The translations under genes and the position numbers were made by a program. Below the pieces are notes generated by a model. It was not told the origin of the DNA. It worked only from the letters and a program-made list of their open reading frames with translations, and searched no databases. From an uncultured Alphaproteobacteria bacterium (lineage in GTDB: Bacteria > Pseudomonadota > Alphaproteobacteria > Reyranellales > Reyranellaceae), in contig CAVXZJ010000010.1 in the NCBI GenBank assembly GCA_963766285.1, forward strand, positions 74,250-138,249: a DNA stretch of 64,000 nt, read 5' to 3'. Positions 11,587 through 22,930 of this stretch are shown piece by piece (positions within the stretch are counted from its first letter, which is position 1; every line of letters starts with the position of its first letter).

Positions 11587-13432
11587 GGTCCGCGGGCTGC
11601 TGAGCCCGCTTGGGATCGGCATCCTGTCCGGGCGCGGCACCGCCATTGGCGCGCTGCTCGGCGGGCTTGTCGCCGCGCGTCAGGTTGAAGGCGGTGTTGA
11701 TCAGGCCGACGTGGCTGAAGGCCTGCGGGAAGTTGCCCTGGTGGCGCTTTTCGCCCGGCTCGTACTCCTCGGCCAGCAGGCCGAGGTCATTGCGGATGGC
11801 GAGCAGGCGCTCGAACAGCTTCTTCGCATCGGCCTTGCGCCCGATCGACATGTAGGCGTCGCAGAGCCAGAAGCTGCAGGCGAGGAACACGCCCTCGCCG
11901 GGGCTGAGGCCGTCGTCGGTGCGATGCGTGTTGTAGCGCATGACGAAGTCCTGTCGCAGCAGCGCCTTCTCGATCGCCTCGACGGTGCCGACGAAGCGGC
12001 TGTCGTCGGGCTCGATGAAACCGGTCTGCGCCAGCAGCAGCACGCTGGCGTCGAGGTCGGTGCCGTCGTACGCGGCCTTGAATGTGTTGCGGGCGGGGTC
12101 GAAGCCCTTGGAGCAGACGTCGGCGTGGATTTCCTCGCGAATCCTGCTCCAGGTCTCGACGTCGCCCGTCAGATCGTGCTTCTCGACAGCCTTGATGCCG
12201 CGGTCGAAGCACACCCAGGCCATGACCTTGGAGTAGACATAGTGACGTGTCGGCCCGCGCGATTCCCAGATGCCGCTGTCGGGCTTGTCCCAGATCTCGG
12301 CGACGTGCGCGAGCAGGGTACGCTGCATCTCCCAGCCGGAGTCGGTCGAGGCGAGCCCGCCCTTGCGCGCCTGTTCGAAGGAATCCATCAACTCGCCATA
12401 GACGTCGAGCTGGAACTGCTCGTGGGCGGCGTTGCCGATGCGCACTGGCCTGGAATCGGCGTAGCCCGGCAGCCACTCGACTTCCCATTCCTTGAGCCGC
12501 CGCTCGCCGCGCAGGCCGTACATGATCTGCATCTCGTCGGGGGAGCCCGCGACCGCGCGCTGCAGCCAGTCGCGCCAGGCCGCGGCCTCGTCGTAGATGC
12601 CGGCGTTCATCATGGCGAGGAGGGTGAGCGTGGCGTCGCGCAGCCAGCACAGCCGGTAGTCCCAGTTGCGCTCGCCGCCGAAGCGCTCGGGCAGCGACGT
12701 GGTGGGGGCGGCCACGATGCCGCCGCTCGGCATGTAGACCAGCCCCTTGAGCGTGATCAGCGACCGCATGATCGCTTCCTTGTAGGGGCCTTCGGTCTTG
12801 GTCGTGGCCGTCCAGTCGCGCCAGAACTTCTCGCACAGCTCGAGCGATTCCTCCGCATCGACCGGCGCGGGCACGTCGAGATGCGAGGGGCCGTAGCTCA
12901 GCACGAAAGGCACCGACTTGCCCTCGGTGAGGGTGAACTGCGCCACGGTCTTGAAGTTCTCGCCGCGGAAATGGGCCGGCGTTCGCAGCACGGCCATGTC
13001 GGGACCGGCCACGGCGCGCATCGTGCCGTCCTCGAGGCGGGTCACCCATGGCGTCGTGGCGCCGTAACCGAAGCGCAGCATCAGCTCCATGCAGACGGCG
13101 ACCTCTCCGGCGTCGCACCGCACGATGCGGATCAGGTCCGACGCCTCGCCGCGCGGCAGCATGAAATCGATCAGGGTGATCGTGCCGCCCGCGGTCTCGA
13201 AAGTGGTTTCGAGGATCAGCGTGTCGGGGCGATAGCGGCGCTTGGTCGACCTGATCTCCTCGAGCGGCGTGATCAGCCAGAAGCCGTTGCTCTGGCCGCC
13301 CAGCAGGGAGGCGAAGCAGGCATCGGAATCGAAGGTGGGCCAGCACAGCCAGTCGATCGAGCCGTTCTTGCCGACCAGCGCCGCCGTCTGGCAGTCGCCG
13401 ATCATGCCGTAATCCTCGATCGCTGTTCTCAT
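11552..13432 (-). CDS. Glycoside hydrolase family 15 (glucoamylase/trehalase-like)
   Basis: [48 protein letters not shown]. Confidence 0.93.
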   Translation of the reverse strand: MRTAIEDYGMIGDCQTAALVGKNGSIDWLCWPTFDSDACFASLLGGQSNGFWLITPLEEIRSTKRRYRPDTLILETTFETAGGTITLIDFMLPRGEASDLIRIVRCDAGEVAVCMELMLRFGYGATTPWVTRLEDGTMRAVAGPDMAVLRTPAHFRGENFKTVAQFTLTEGKSVPFVLSYGPSHLDVPAPVDAEESLELCEKFWRDWTATTKTEGPYKEAIMRSLITLKGLVYMPSGGIVAAPTTSLPERFGGERNWDYRLCWLRDATLTLLAMMNAGIYDEAAAWRDWLQRAVAGSPDEMQIMYGLRGERRLKEWEVEWLPGYADSRPVRIGNAAHEQFQLDVYGELMDSFEQARKGGLASTDSGWEMQRTLLAHVAEIWDKPDSGIWESRGPTRHYVYSKVMAWVCFDRGIKAVEKHDLTGDVETWSRIREEIHADVCSKGFDPARNTFKAAYDGTDLDASVLLLAQTGFIEPDDSRFVGTVEAIEKALLRQDFVMRYNTHRTDDGLSPGEGVFLACSFWLCDAYMSIGRKADAKKLFERLLAIRNDLGLLAEEYEPGEKRHQGNFPQAFSHVGLINTAFNLTRGDKPAEQRANGGAAPGQDADPKRAQQPADLKSRAPSSAAR

Positions 13433-13494
13433 GCGCAACAAAAACGTCCCGGTTCTGGTTCGGTTCCGCACGGGCCTCGTGCTAGGCTGATCAC

Positions 13495-14265
13495 ATGATC
13501 GCGAAGCTTTATGCCATGACCTGCGGCCATCTGACAGGTCCACTCGGCCACCTGATGGAGGGCGCCGGCGACGGCACCGTCGGCCTGCCGATCCCGTCCT
13601 TCCTGATCGAGCATCCCAAGGGCCGCGCGCTCTACGACACCGGCATGCATCCCGACCTGCGCACCAATCCGGCGTCCCGCATCAGCGAGCGCGCGCTCAA
13701 GCTGTTCGATCTCAGCGGTTATGGACCCAGGGACGACGTGAAATCGAAGCTCGAATCGATCGACCGCGATCCGGCCGGGATCGACTTCATCATCGTCTCG
13801 CACATGCACTTCGATCACTCGGGCGGCAACGGGCTGATCCCCAATGCCACGCTGGTTGTGCAGAAGCCGGAATGGCAGGCCGTCAACGACGCCGAAACCG
13901 CGGGCAAGCTGGGGTTCAACAAGGGCGACGTCGACTACGGCCATCCGGTGAAGGTCGTCGAAGGCGAGCACGACCTGTTCGGCGACGGCAGCGTCGTGGC
14001 TTTCCCGACCTACGGCCATACGCCCGGTCACCAGTCGCTCAAGGTGCGCACGGAGAAGGGCGAGATCGTCCTCACCGGCGACTCCTGCTACTTCTGCCGC
14101 ACCTTGCGCGAACGCCGGTTGCCGCGGTTCGTCTACGACCGCGAGGCCATGCTGGCCTCGCTCGACCGGCTCGAAGCGCTCGAGAAGGGCGGCGCCAGGC
14201 TGATCTTCGGCCACGATCTCGAGTTCTGGAAGGACGTGCCGCAGGCACCGCTGCCGCTCTTCTGA
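13495..14265 (+). CDS. Metallo-beta-lactamase fold N-acyl homoserine lactonase family protein
   Basis: SHMHFDHSGG (HxHxDH), GHTPGH and downstream GD; LYDTG. Confidence 0.85.
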   Translation: MIAKLYAMTCGHLTGPLGHLMEGAGDGTVGLPIPSFLIEHPKGRALYDTGMHPDLRTNPASRISERALKLFDLSGYGPRDDVKSKLESIDRDPAGIDFIIVSHMHFDHSGGNGLIPNATLVVQKPEWQAVNDAETAGKLGFNKGDVDYGHPVKVVEGEHDLFGDGSVVAFPTYGHTPGHQSLKVRTEKGEIVLTGDSCYFCRTLRERRLPRFVYDREAMLASLDRLEALEKGGARLIFGHDLEFWKDVPQAPLPLF

Positions 14266-14879
14266 TGAGGATCTGCTTCGTCGGCGACAGCATGACCAAC
14301 GGCACCGGCGACCATGAGCATCTCGGATGGGTCGGCCGCGTGCTGCAGGACGAGCGCAAGCGCCATCCGGAGTTGACCGGATACAATCTCGGCGTCCGCC
14401 GCGACCGCGCGGACCAGATCCGCACGCACTGGAAGAGCGAGGTCGAGCGCCGCCTGCCGCCTGAATACGAAGGCCGCGTGGTCTTTTCCTTCGGTGGCAA
14501 TGACGCCGTGCAGCAACGCGATCCCGGGCTCACCCTGAAGGACACCGAAGCGATGCTCGGAGACGCGAAAACGCGTTGGCCGGTCTTCATGATCGGCGCC
14601 GTGCCGATGGTGGAGGAGGGCAATCGCGCGCGGTCGCGAGCGCTCGATCAGGCCTACGCGCCGCTGTGCGCGCGCCTGGGCGTGCCGTTCCTGTCGGTGT
14701 TCGATGCGCTGCTGGCGACGCCGGTGTGGCTCGACGAAGCCCGCGCCGGCGATGGGGCGCATCCGGGCGCCGGCGGCTATCGCCGGATGGCCGGGCTCAT
14801 CCTGGCGAGTCCGGTCTGGCAGAGGTGGATGGCCGCTTGGGTCTCGTCCCTGGTTCTTGTGCCTAGTTCTGCGGCATGA
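14265..14879 (+). CDS. SGNH/GDSL hydrolase
   Basis: FVGDS block I, NLGVRRD, FGGND, DGAHP. Start overlaps the upstream stop (TGATG). Confidence 0.85.
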   Translation: MRICFVGDSMTNGTGDHEHLGWVGRVLQDERKRHPELTGYNLGVRRDRADQIRTHWKSEVERRLPPEYEGRVVFSFGGNDAVQQRDPGLTLKDTEAMLGDAKTRWPVFMIGAVPMVEEGNRARSRALDQAYAPLCARLGVPFLSVFDALLATPVWLDEARAGDGAHPGAGGYRRMAGLILASPVWQRWMAAWVSSLVLVPSSAA

Positions 14880-15612
14880 ACTCGATCAGCAGGCCGCCGG
14901 TGCTCTCGGGCGACACCAGCACGCGATCGCCCTCGGTGACGGCAAACGGCACATTGTTGGCGCGCAGCAGCGCCTGGAGCGGCCGGGCGCGTTCGACGGC
15001 GACGGCAATGCCCACGATCGACGGCTTGCGCAGCGGTTCCATCGCCTCGATCGCCTTGTATTCCTTCAGCCACGCCGCCGGCGACCAGATCAGCAGTTCG
15101 ACCATGCCGGTTCGCACGAGCGTGCAGCCGTCGAATATCTCCTCGGTTTCGCCGCTCCACGCGTCCTTGAGTTCCCTGGCGGTCTTCTTGGGATCGTCCG
15201 ATACGGCGTGCACGCAGATGAAGGCGAGCGCGCCGTTGGCATGGACGACCAGCTCGGGCTCGACGAAGGCCTCCGGATTGAACTGCTTGACCGTCAGCCA
15301 CGGCACCGGCCCGCCGCCTTCGCCGACGATCAGGCTGCCCTCGATGTCGCCGTCGTCGCCTTCCCATTTGAAGCTGCGCTTGTCGCCCTTGAGCTCCTCG
15401 ACATTCATCGCGAGGTTCATGAAATCGACCGGGCTTTCGGCGATCTCGATGTAGTTCGGGATGTCTTCGTCGGCAGGCACGAAACAAATGCAGCGCGGCC
15501 AGACGCCATCGGGCGTCAGGGTGAAGCCAAGCTGCTCCAGCCGGGTGGCGGTGACCCCGGGCTCGGTGGCGTTGATCGTCAGATGGTCGATATCGAGGGC
15601 GGAAATCTTCAT
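14863..15612 (-). CDS. VOC/glyoxalase-like domain protein
   Basis: IDHLTI start, LEQLGFTLTP, HANGA, LLIEF end. Confidence 0.75.
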   Translation of the reverse strand: MKISALDIDHLTINATEPGVTATRLEQLGFTLTPDGVWPRCICFVPADEDIPNYIEIAESPVDFMNLAMNVEELKGDKRSFKWEGDDGDIEGSLIVGEGGGPVPWLTVKQFNPEAFVEPELVVHANGALAFICVHAVSDDPKKTARELKDAWSGETEEIFDGCTLVRTGMVELLIWSPAAWLKEYKAIEAMEPLRKPSIVGIAVAVERARPLQALLRANNVPFAVTEGDRVLVSPESTGGLLIEFMPQN

Positions 15613-15635
15613 GCCGCCTCTTACAGGCGCGCGCT

Positions 15636-16028
15636 TCAGGCTTCCAGCGTCTTCTTCAGGAAGGGGGTGGCGTGGTCCATCATTCCGGCAACCGCGGGGG
15701 CCAGTTCGTCGGGCAGCAGGTCGATGGTCCAGACCAGCCGGCATTGCCCCGCACCCTCCGGGAAGATCTGCACGGCGGCGCTGTAGTGCGATGCCCGGCC
15801 CTCGGGGATGCAGTAGACAAGCCGCCTGGCCTCGTCGTCCAGCGTGACCAGCCGCTCCCGCGCCACCATGCCGTTGAAAAAAGTGACGATCCTGTCGGCG
15901 CCGTCCATCTCGAGGCCGGTCAGGAAGCCCGGCGCCACTTTCGTGTGCACCTGGCCGAAGTCGCGCACGGCCGCCCACACCTTGTCGATGGATGCGTCGA
16001 GCGGCAGTTCGCGGCGATTGGTTGCCAT
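15636..16028 (-). CDS. SRPBCC (polyketide cyclase-like) family protein
   Basis: ASIDKVWAAVRDF, RIVTFFNG.VARERLVTLDDEARRLVY. Confidence 0.88.
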   Translation of the reverse strand: MATNRRELPLDASIDKVWAAVRDFGQVHTKVAPGFLTGLEMDGADRIVTFFNGMVARERLVTLDDEARRLVYCIPEGRASHYSAAVQIFPEGAGQCRLVWTIDLLPDELAPAVAGMMDHATPFLKKTLEA

Positions 16029-16114
16029 GGTTGATCGTCCCTCGTTGTTGCGGCTTCATCCAGCCGCCAGGCCTGCTGCGGGTCTGGCGGTTTTCGGACG
16101 CAACAGGTTCAGCC

Positions 16115-16627
16115 ATGGACAAGCCCAGGACACCCGAGGTCGAAGCCTATTGGAAGGAGTACCGTTGCGCGCGCGGTGTGCCTGAGCAGCCGTACGACGT
16201 CTGCCGCATGGGTGACAGCGCCGGCATGGGCGACCAGCTGCTGAAGATCATCCTGAACGGCCCCAAGCGAGCGACGGCCTGCCTGCTGCGCGAGATCGAA
16301 GCCGGCGGCGAAGTCATGGCGACGGTCGGCGGTCATGTGGTGGTGCTCGACGGGCGCGACAAGCCGCGTGCCATCTGGCGCACCAAAACGGTCGAGGTGA
16401 AGCCGCTTGATCGGGTCGACGACGCCTTTGCCTGGGACGAGGGGGAAGGCGATCGCACGCGGGCCGACTGGCTCGCTCTTCACACACGCTATTTCGCGAG
16501 GCGCGCGGAGGCGGAGGGCTTCACCTTCGATCCGTCTATGCCCGCGGTGTTCGAGCGATTTACTGTGGTCTGGCCGCCGGAGCATGCCGACCCCGGCGAA
16601 GCAAAAATGAACGCGGAGGAAAAATGA
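16115..16627 (+). CDS. ASCH domain protein
   Basis: LNGPKRAT, VVLDGRDKPRAI, FAWDEGEGDRT...W...H..YF. Confidence 0.9.
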   Translation: MDKPRTPEVEAYWKEYRCARGVPEQPYDVCRMGDSAGMGDQLLKIILNGPKRATACLLREIEAGGEVMATVGGHVVVLDGRDKPRAIWRTKTVEVKPLDRVDDAFAWDEGEGDRTRADWLALHTRYFARRAEAEGFTFDPSMPAVFERFTVVWPPEHADPGEAKMNAEEK

Positions 16628-17917
16628 CGATTTTCCGGAGCCTGAGCCTCGCGGCGCTGGGCCTTTCGATCGTGGTGCCGGCGTGGGCCCAGGGGATTCC
16701 GAAGGCGCAGTCGCCGGAGGAAGTGGGGCTCTCTTCGCCCCGGCTGAAGCGACTGTCTGATCGCCTCAACGAAGGCGTCAAGGCCGGGGAGCTGCCGGGC
16801 GCGGTGGTCCTGATCGCACGCAACGGCAAGGTCGCGCTGTTCGAAGCCTATGGCTTCCGCGACAAGGATGCCAAGGCGCCGATGAAGACCGACACGATCT
16901 TCCGCATCGCCTCGATGACCAAGCCGATCGTGGCCGTCGCGGCGCTGATGCTGATGGAGGAGGGCAAGCTCTCGCTCGCGGATCCGGTGTCGAAGTACAT
17001 CCCGGCCTTCGCCGACACGAAGGTTTCGGTGAAGAAGGCCAACGCCGACGGCACCGTCGAGATCGCGCTGGAGCCGCAGTTCCGGCCGATGACCGTGCAG
17101 GACCTGATGCGCCACACTTCGGGCCTGACCTATGGTGCGGTCGGCAGCAACGAAGTGAAGCAGTCCTACATGGACATGAAGGTGATGGTGCCCGAGCAGA
17201 CCAACGCGGAGATGGTGGAGAAGCTTTCCAAGCTGGCGTTGCTCTACCAACCGGGTACGCATTGGGAATACTCGATGGCGATCGACGTGCTGGGCAGGGT
17301 GGTCGAGGTCGCCTCGGGCCTGACTCTCGACAGGTTCATCGAGGAGCGCATCACCCGGCCGCTCAAGATGGTGGACAGCGGCTTCGACGCCTCACCGGAC
17401 AAGAAGGATCGTGCCGCCCATCCGCAGAAGGAAGGGCCGAAGAACGAGATGCCGCGCATCCCGGACGTCACGCTCAGGACGGTCTGGAAATCCGGCGGCG
17501 GCGGCATGGTCTCGACGGCCGCCGATTATGCGCGCTTCGCCGCAGATGCTGGCCAACGGCGGCCAGCTCGACGGCGTGCGGCTGCTGTCGCGCAAGAGCG
17601 TCGAGTTGATGACCTCGAACCATTTGCCGCCCGACATCCAGATGGGCGACGACATGTATCGCTTCGAGGCGTTGGAACCGAGCGCCCGCATGGGCCAGGG
17701 CTTCGGCCTCACCGTCGCGGTGCGCACCGACGCGGGTCGCAATCCGCTGCCCGGATCGGTGGGCGACTATTTCTGGGGCGGGGCCTACGGCACCTACTTC
17801 TGGGAAGATCCGCACGAGCACCTGTACGTGATCTTCATGATGCAGTCGCAAACCGCGCGGCTACCGTACCGCTATTTGATGCGCGACATGGTGTATCAGG
17901 CCTTGACCGGCAACTAA
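16624..17917 (+). CDS. Serine hydrolase, beta-lactamase class C family (frameshift ~17545)
   Basis: ASMTK (SxxK), LMRHTSGL, QPGTHWEYS, WGGAYGTYFW in the second frame. Confidence 0.9.
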
Positions 17918-17957
17918 TGGGCAACCTTATCCGCATTGAGGGCGTTTCAGCCCGGAA

Positions 17958-19308
17958 GTGCGGAGTAGGTATTTGTCCTCCCGGTGGGTGCATAGAATAA
18001 CGGCACGTTCGTACCGCTCCTGGGTGTTGGTGCTGGGCATGGTCGTGATCGCCGGCGGGGCATACTTCGCCTGGCACCATTGGCATGCGTTGGAAGCCGA
18101 AAGGCAGGCAAAAAGCAAGCCGCCTGCCGCGATTCCGGCCACGGTAGCAGCGGCCGAGAAGGCCGACTTTCCCGTCTACCTGAAGGGCCTGGGCACGGTG
18201 CAGCCCTTCAACACGGTCACGGTGAGGAGCCGCGTCGACGGCGAAGTCATCAAGATCGGCTTTCGCCAGGGCGAGATGGTGAAGGAGGGCGCCCTCATCG
18301 CCGAGATCGACCCACGCCCCTACCAGGCCGCGCTCGACCAGGCCGAGGCCAAGAAGAAGCAGGACGAGTTCGGACCTTGCCAACGCCCGCCTCGACCTGG
18401 CGCGGTTCACCGACCTGGCCAGGCAGAACTTCGCCACCCGCCAGCAGCTCGATACGCAGACTGCGAAGGTGAGCGGCCTCGAATCGCAGATCAAGGGTGA
18501 CGAGGGCGTGATCGCAAATGCGCGCACGCAGGTCGCCTATACCAAAATCACGGCGCCGATCTCCGGCCGTACCGGTTTTCGTCTGGTCGACCAGGGCAAC
18601 AACGTTCACGCAGCCGACACCACCGGCATTGTGACGATCGTGCAGCTGCAGCCGATCTCGGTCGTGCTGACCGCGCCCGAGGAGCAGGTCGTCGCGATCA
18701 ACAAGGCCCTCGCCGGAGGCGACGTGCAGGTGATCGCGCAGACTTCCGACGGCACGAAGACGCTGTCGACCGGCAAACTCGCGCTCGTGAACAACGAGGT
18801 CGACCCGGCTGCCGGCACGATCCGCATGAAGGCGAGATTCGAAAACCAGGATTACGCGCTGTGGCCCGGCCTGTCGGTCTCCACGATGCTGCTGGTCGAG
18901 ACGCTGAAGGGTGTCACGGTGGTGCCGCAGGATGCCATCCAGCACGGGCCGGACGGTCTCTTCGTCTATGCCGTCGGAAGCGACAACAAGGTCGACATCA
19001 GGCCGGTGAAGGTGAGCCAACAGGGCAACAATCGCGCCGTCGCGACGGCGGGCCTGTCGCCCGGCGACAAGGTCGTGGTCTCCGGCCAGTCGCGTCTGCA
19101 AAAGGGCACCTTGATCAAGCCTGTCGAGGGCAAGCCGCAGGACAATTCGCCATCGCCCGCCAAGCCGCCGGAAGTTGCGGAGACCTCGTCGGCACCGTCC
19201 TCGTCCACGGTGCAATCGCCTACGGGGCGTCACGGCCAAGTCGCCCTGACATGGCGATCAACGTTTCCGCGCCGTTCATCCGCCAGCCGATCGCCACATC
19301 GCTGCTGA
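17958..19308 (+). CDS. RND efflux periplasmic adaptor, MdtA-like (frameshift ~18370; start and end uncertain)
   Basis: GLGTVQPFNTVTVRSRVDG, EIDPRPYQAAL, ITAPISGRTG, NEVDPAAGTI, LWPG. Confidence 0.88.
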
Positions 19309-22300
19309 TGGTCGGTATCCTGTTCTGCGGCCTCGTCGCCTATCCGAGGTTGCCGGTGGCGCCGCTGCCGCAGGTCGACTTCCCGACCATCCAGGTTTCC
19401 GCCTCGCTGCCTGGCGCAAGTCCCGAAACGATGGCGTCGGCCGTCGCCCAGCCGATCGAGAGCCAGCTCTCGCAGGTGCCGGGCGTGGCGCAACTCACGT
19501 CGATCAGCACCTCCGGCTCGACCGCAATCACCATCCAGTTCGATCTCGACCGCAATATCGACGGTGCTGCCAACGATGTGCAGGCTGCGATCAACGCCGC
19601 CGGCGGCCAGCTGCCCAAGAATCTTCCGAGTCCGCCCAGCTATCGCAAGGTGAACCCGGCCGACTTGCCGATCCTGCTGCTCGCGGCGACCTCCGACACG
19701 ATGACGCTGATCGACGTCGACGACGAGGTCGAGACCAAGCTCGCCCAGCAGATCAGCCAGATCTCGGGCGTCGCGCAGGTGCTGGTCGGCGGCCAGCAGA
19801 AGCGTGCGGTACGCATCCAGCTCGATCCCGCCAAGCTGGTCGCCAAGGGCCTGTCGCTCGAGGACGTGCGCAACCAGCTGTCGCTCGCAACCGTCGACAG
19901 CCCGAAGGGCACGCTGGACGGCCAAACGCGCTCCTACGCGATCTACGCCAACGACCAGATCCTCGAGGCCGAGCCGTGGAACGACGTCATCGTCGCCTAC
20001 CGCAACGGCGGCGCCCTCAGGGTCCGCGACATCGGCTTGGCGGTGGCTGCACCCGAGGATTTGCGGTCGGCAGGGTGGGCCGACGGCAAACGGGGCGTCT
20101 TCCTGGTGATCTTCCAGCAGCCGGGCGCCAACGTGGTCAACACCGTGGGCCGCATCCAGGCGGCATTGCCCAGGCTGACCGCGACCATGTCGCCCGCGAT
20201 CCACGTCTTCACGCTCAGCGACCGCACCCAGACCATTCGCGCGTCGCTGCACGACGTTCAGTTCACCCTGCTGATCACCATCTTCCTGGTGGTCATGGTG
20301 ATCTTCGCTTTCCTGCGCAATGTCTGGGCGACCGTGATCCCGACGGTCACCGTGCCGCTCGCCCTGCTCGGCGCCTGCGCGCTGATGTGGGTCACGGGAT
20401 ACACGCTCGACAACCTCTCGCTGATGGCGCTCACCATCTCGGTCGGCTTCGTCGTCGACGATGCGATCGTGATGCTGGAGAACATCACACGCTACCTGGA
20501 AGAAGGCGACTCGCCCATGGAAGCGGCGATGAAGGGCGCCGGCGAAATCGCCTTCACCATCGTGTCGATCAGCATCTCGCTGGTCGCCGTGCTGATCCCG
20601 CTGCTGCTGATGCCGGGCATCATCGGACGCCTGTTCCGCGAATTTGCCGTGACGCTATCGATGACGATTCTGGTGTCGATGATCGTGGCGCTTACCTTGA
20701 CGCCGATGATGGCGTCGCGCTTCCTGAAATCCGAGAAGAAGGAGGAGCACGGCAAGCTCTACCAGTGGAGCGAGCGCGGTTTCGACGCCATGCTGAAGGG
20801 CTACGAGCGCGGCCTCGACCTGGTGCTCGATCATCGCCTGATCACGATGCTGGTGTTCATCGCCACGCTGGGGCTCTCGGTCTTCCTGTTCGTCGTCATC
20901 CCGAAGGGCTTCTTCCCGCAGCAGGACACCGGCCTGCTCACCGCCATCACCGAGACGAGCGAGGATGCTTCCTTCGGTGCGATGGCCCAGCACCAGGTCG
21001 AACTGGGCGATCTCGTTCTCAAGGATCCTGCCGTCGCCCATGTTGCGATGGCGGTGGGCGGCGCCGGCAACCCGCTGAACACCGGCCGTATGTTCATCAC
21101 CCTGAAGCCGCGCGACCAGCGCGCCGCCAGCGCCGACCAGGTCGTGGCGCGGCTCAGCGCCCAGTCGCAGCAGATCCAGGGGGCGAAGCTTTTCCTGCAG
21201 GCCGCCCAGGATGTCCGCGTCGGCGGCCGGGCCTCGCGCACGCAGTATCAGTACACGCTGCAGGCGCCGGATATCGGCCAGCTGAACGAGTGGTCGCCCA
21301 AGATCCTGGAGAAACTGAAGACCCTGCCACAGCTGCGCGACGTGGCCTCCGATCAGCAGATCTCGGGCACGACGCTGACGCTCGCGGTCGATCGCGATGC
21401 CGCCGCGCGCTATGGCCTGTCGATGCAGATTATCGACGACACGCTGTACGACGCCTTCGGCCAGCGCCAGATCGGCCAGTACTTCACGCAGCTGCTGAGC
21501 TACCACGTCGTCATGGAAGTGCTGCCGGCGATGCAGGGCGATGTCGGCACGCTCGACAGGATCTTCCTGAAGTCGCCGACGACGCAGGGCGAAGTGCCGC
21601 TCTCGGCTGTCGCCAAGTGGACAACCGATCCGGTGCAGCCGCTCTCGATCAGCCATCAGAGCCAGTTTCCGGCCGTCACGATCTCCTTCAATCTCGCGCC
21701 CGGCGTGGCGCTGGGCCAGGCGACCGATGCCGTGAACCAGGCGACGCAGCAGATCGGCGTGCCGCCGACCATCACGCGCACCTTCCAGGGCAATGCGCAG
21801 GCCTTCCAGGACTCGCTCTCCACCGTGCCGATGCTGATCCTGGGCTCGCTTGTCGTGGTCTATCTCGTGCTGGGCATCCTCTACGAGAGCTACATCCATC
21901 CGATCACGATCCTGTCGACCCTGCCGTCGGCCGGCGTGGGAGCGCTCGCCATCCTGATGTTGTTCGGCTTCGACTTCAGCCTGATCGCGCTGATCGGCCT
22001 GATCCTGCTGATCGGCATCGTCAAGAAGAACGGCATCATGCTGGTCGACTTTGCCATCGTGGCCGAGCGCACCGAGCATCTGTCGGCGCACGACGCAGTG
22101 CGGAAGGCAGCGCTGCTGCGCTTCCGGCCGATCATGATGACGACCTTCGCCGCCCTGCTGGGCGGCGTGCCGCTGATGCTGGGCACCGGCACCGGCTCGG
22201 AGATCCGCCAACCGCTCGGCTACGCGATGGTGGGCGGCCTGATCGTCAGCCAGGTGCTGACGCTTTTCACCACGCCGGTGATCTATCTCTATCTCGACGG

Positions 22301-22385
22301 GTTCTCCGACTGGCTCGGCCACTTCCGCAAGAAGAAGGACGGCCACGAAGGCTCTGCCGAGCCCTCGCCACATCCCGCCGAATAG
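19251..22385 (+). CDS. RND efflux permease, MdtB/MdtC-like
   Basis: PFIRQPIATSLL, LPQVDFPTI, GFVVDDAIVMLENI, GIVKKNGI, RFRPIMMTT. Confidence 0.95.
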   Translation: MAINVSAPFIRQPIATSLLMVGILFCGLVAYPRLPVAPLPQVDFPTIQVSASLPGASPETMASAVAQPIESQLSQVPGVAQLTSISTSGSTAITIQFDLDRNIDGAANDVQAAINAAGGQLPKNLPSPPSYRKVNPADLPILLLAATSDTMTLIDVDDEVETKLAQQISQISGVAQVLVGGQQKRAVRIQLDPAKLVAKGLSLEDVRNQLSLATVDSPKGTLDGQTRSYAIYANDQILEAEPWNDVIVAYRNGGALRVRDIGLAVAAPEDLRSAGWADGKRGVFLVIFQQPGANVVNTVGRIQAALPRLTATMSPAIHVFTLSDRTQTIRASLHDVQFTLLITIFLVVMVIFAFLRNVWATVIPTVTVPLALLGACALMWVTGYTLDNLSLMALTISVGFVVDDAIVMLENITRYLEEGDSPMEAAMKGAGEIAFTIVSISISLVAVLIPLLLMPGIIGRLFREFAVTLSMTILVSMIVALTLTPMMASRFLKSEKKEEHGKLYQWSERGFDAMLKGYERGLDLVLDHRLITMLVFIATLGLSVFLFVVIPKGFFPQQDTGLLTAITETSEDASFGAMAQHQVELGDLVLKDPAVAHVAMAVGGAGNPLNTGRMFITLKPRDQRAASADQVVARLSAQSQQIQGAKLFLQAAQDVRVGGRASRTQYQYTLQAPDIGQLNEWSPKILEKLKTLPQLRDVASDQQISGTTLTLAVDRDAAARYGLSMQIIDDTLYDAFGQRQIGQYFTQLLSYHVVMEVLPAMQGDVGTLDRIFLKSPTTQGEVPLSAVAKWTTDPVQPLSISHQSQFPAVTISFNLAPGVALGQATDAVNQATQQIGVPPTITRTFQGNAQAFQDSLSTVPMLILGSLVVVYLVLGILYESYIHPITILSTLPSAGVGALAILMLFGFDFSLIALIGLILLIGIVKKNGIMLVDFAIVAERTEHLSAHDAVRKAALLRFRPIMMTTFAALLGGVPLMLGTGTGSEIRQPLGYAMVGGLIVSQVLTLFTTPVIYLYLDGFSDWLGHFRKKKDGHEGSAEPSPHPAE

Positions 22386-22904
22386 CTAGCCCGCGATCCG
22401 CATCTTGCCGAGGAAGTCGCGCTTGCCCAGCGGCACACCCTTCTGGCGCAGGATGTCGTAGGCCGTGGTCGCATGGAAATAGAAGTTGGGCAGCGAGAAC
22501 GACATCAGGAAACCCTCCGCCTTGAAAGGAATCTTGCGGTCGCCGACCGTGAAGATCACGTCATTGCCTTCGATCGCATTGACGGCTTCGGGTTTGATGG
22601 CCTCGAGCGAGGCCTTCGCCTCGCTCACCAGCTTCTGCAAACCGACATAGTCCTCGCCGGCGGGCTTCGGCGGCGAGAAGGCGCCAGCCATCGCGCCTTT
22701 GACTCCGCCGGCGGAATGGTGCGCCACCGAGACGACCTGGAAGCGGAAAGGCGCCATGTCGGGAAACAGCTTGGTCTCGACGATTTCGTTCGGATCGATT
22801 CCCTTCTCCTTGCAATGAGCAAGGCCCTTGGCGAGGAAACCCTCGACGCCGCCAAGGACCTGAAGGAATGACGTGACGCTGAGGTCGTAGAGTGAAACGG
22901 CCAT
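22386..22904 (-). CDS. DUF1993 family protein
   Basis: LFPDMAPFRFQ, LPNFYFHATTAYDILRQKGVPLGKRDF. Confidence 0.9.
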   Translation of the reverse strand: MAVSLYDLSVTSFLQVLGGVEGFLAKGLAHCKEKGIDPNEIVETKLFPDMAPFRFQVVSVAHHSAGGVKGAMAGAFSPPKPAGEDYVGLQKLVSEAKASLEAIKPEAVNAIEGNDVIFTVGDRKIPFKAEGFLMSFSLPNFYFHATTAYDILRQKGVPLGKRDFLGKMRIAG

Positions 22905-22930
22905 GTGAAGTGTCTCCTTTGTGGATGATG

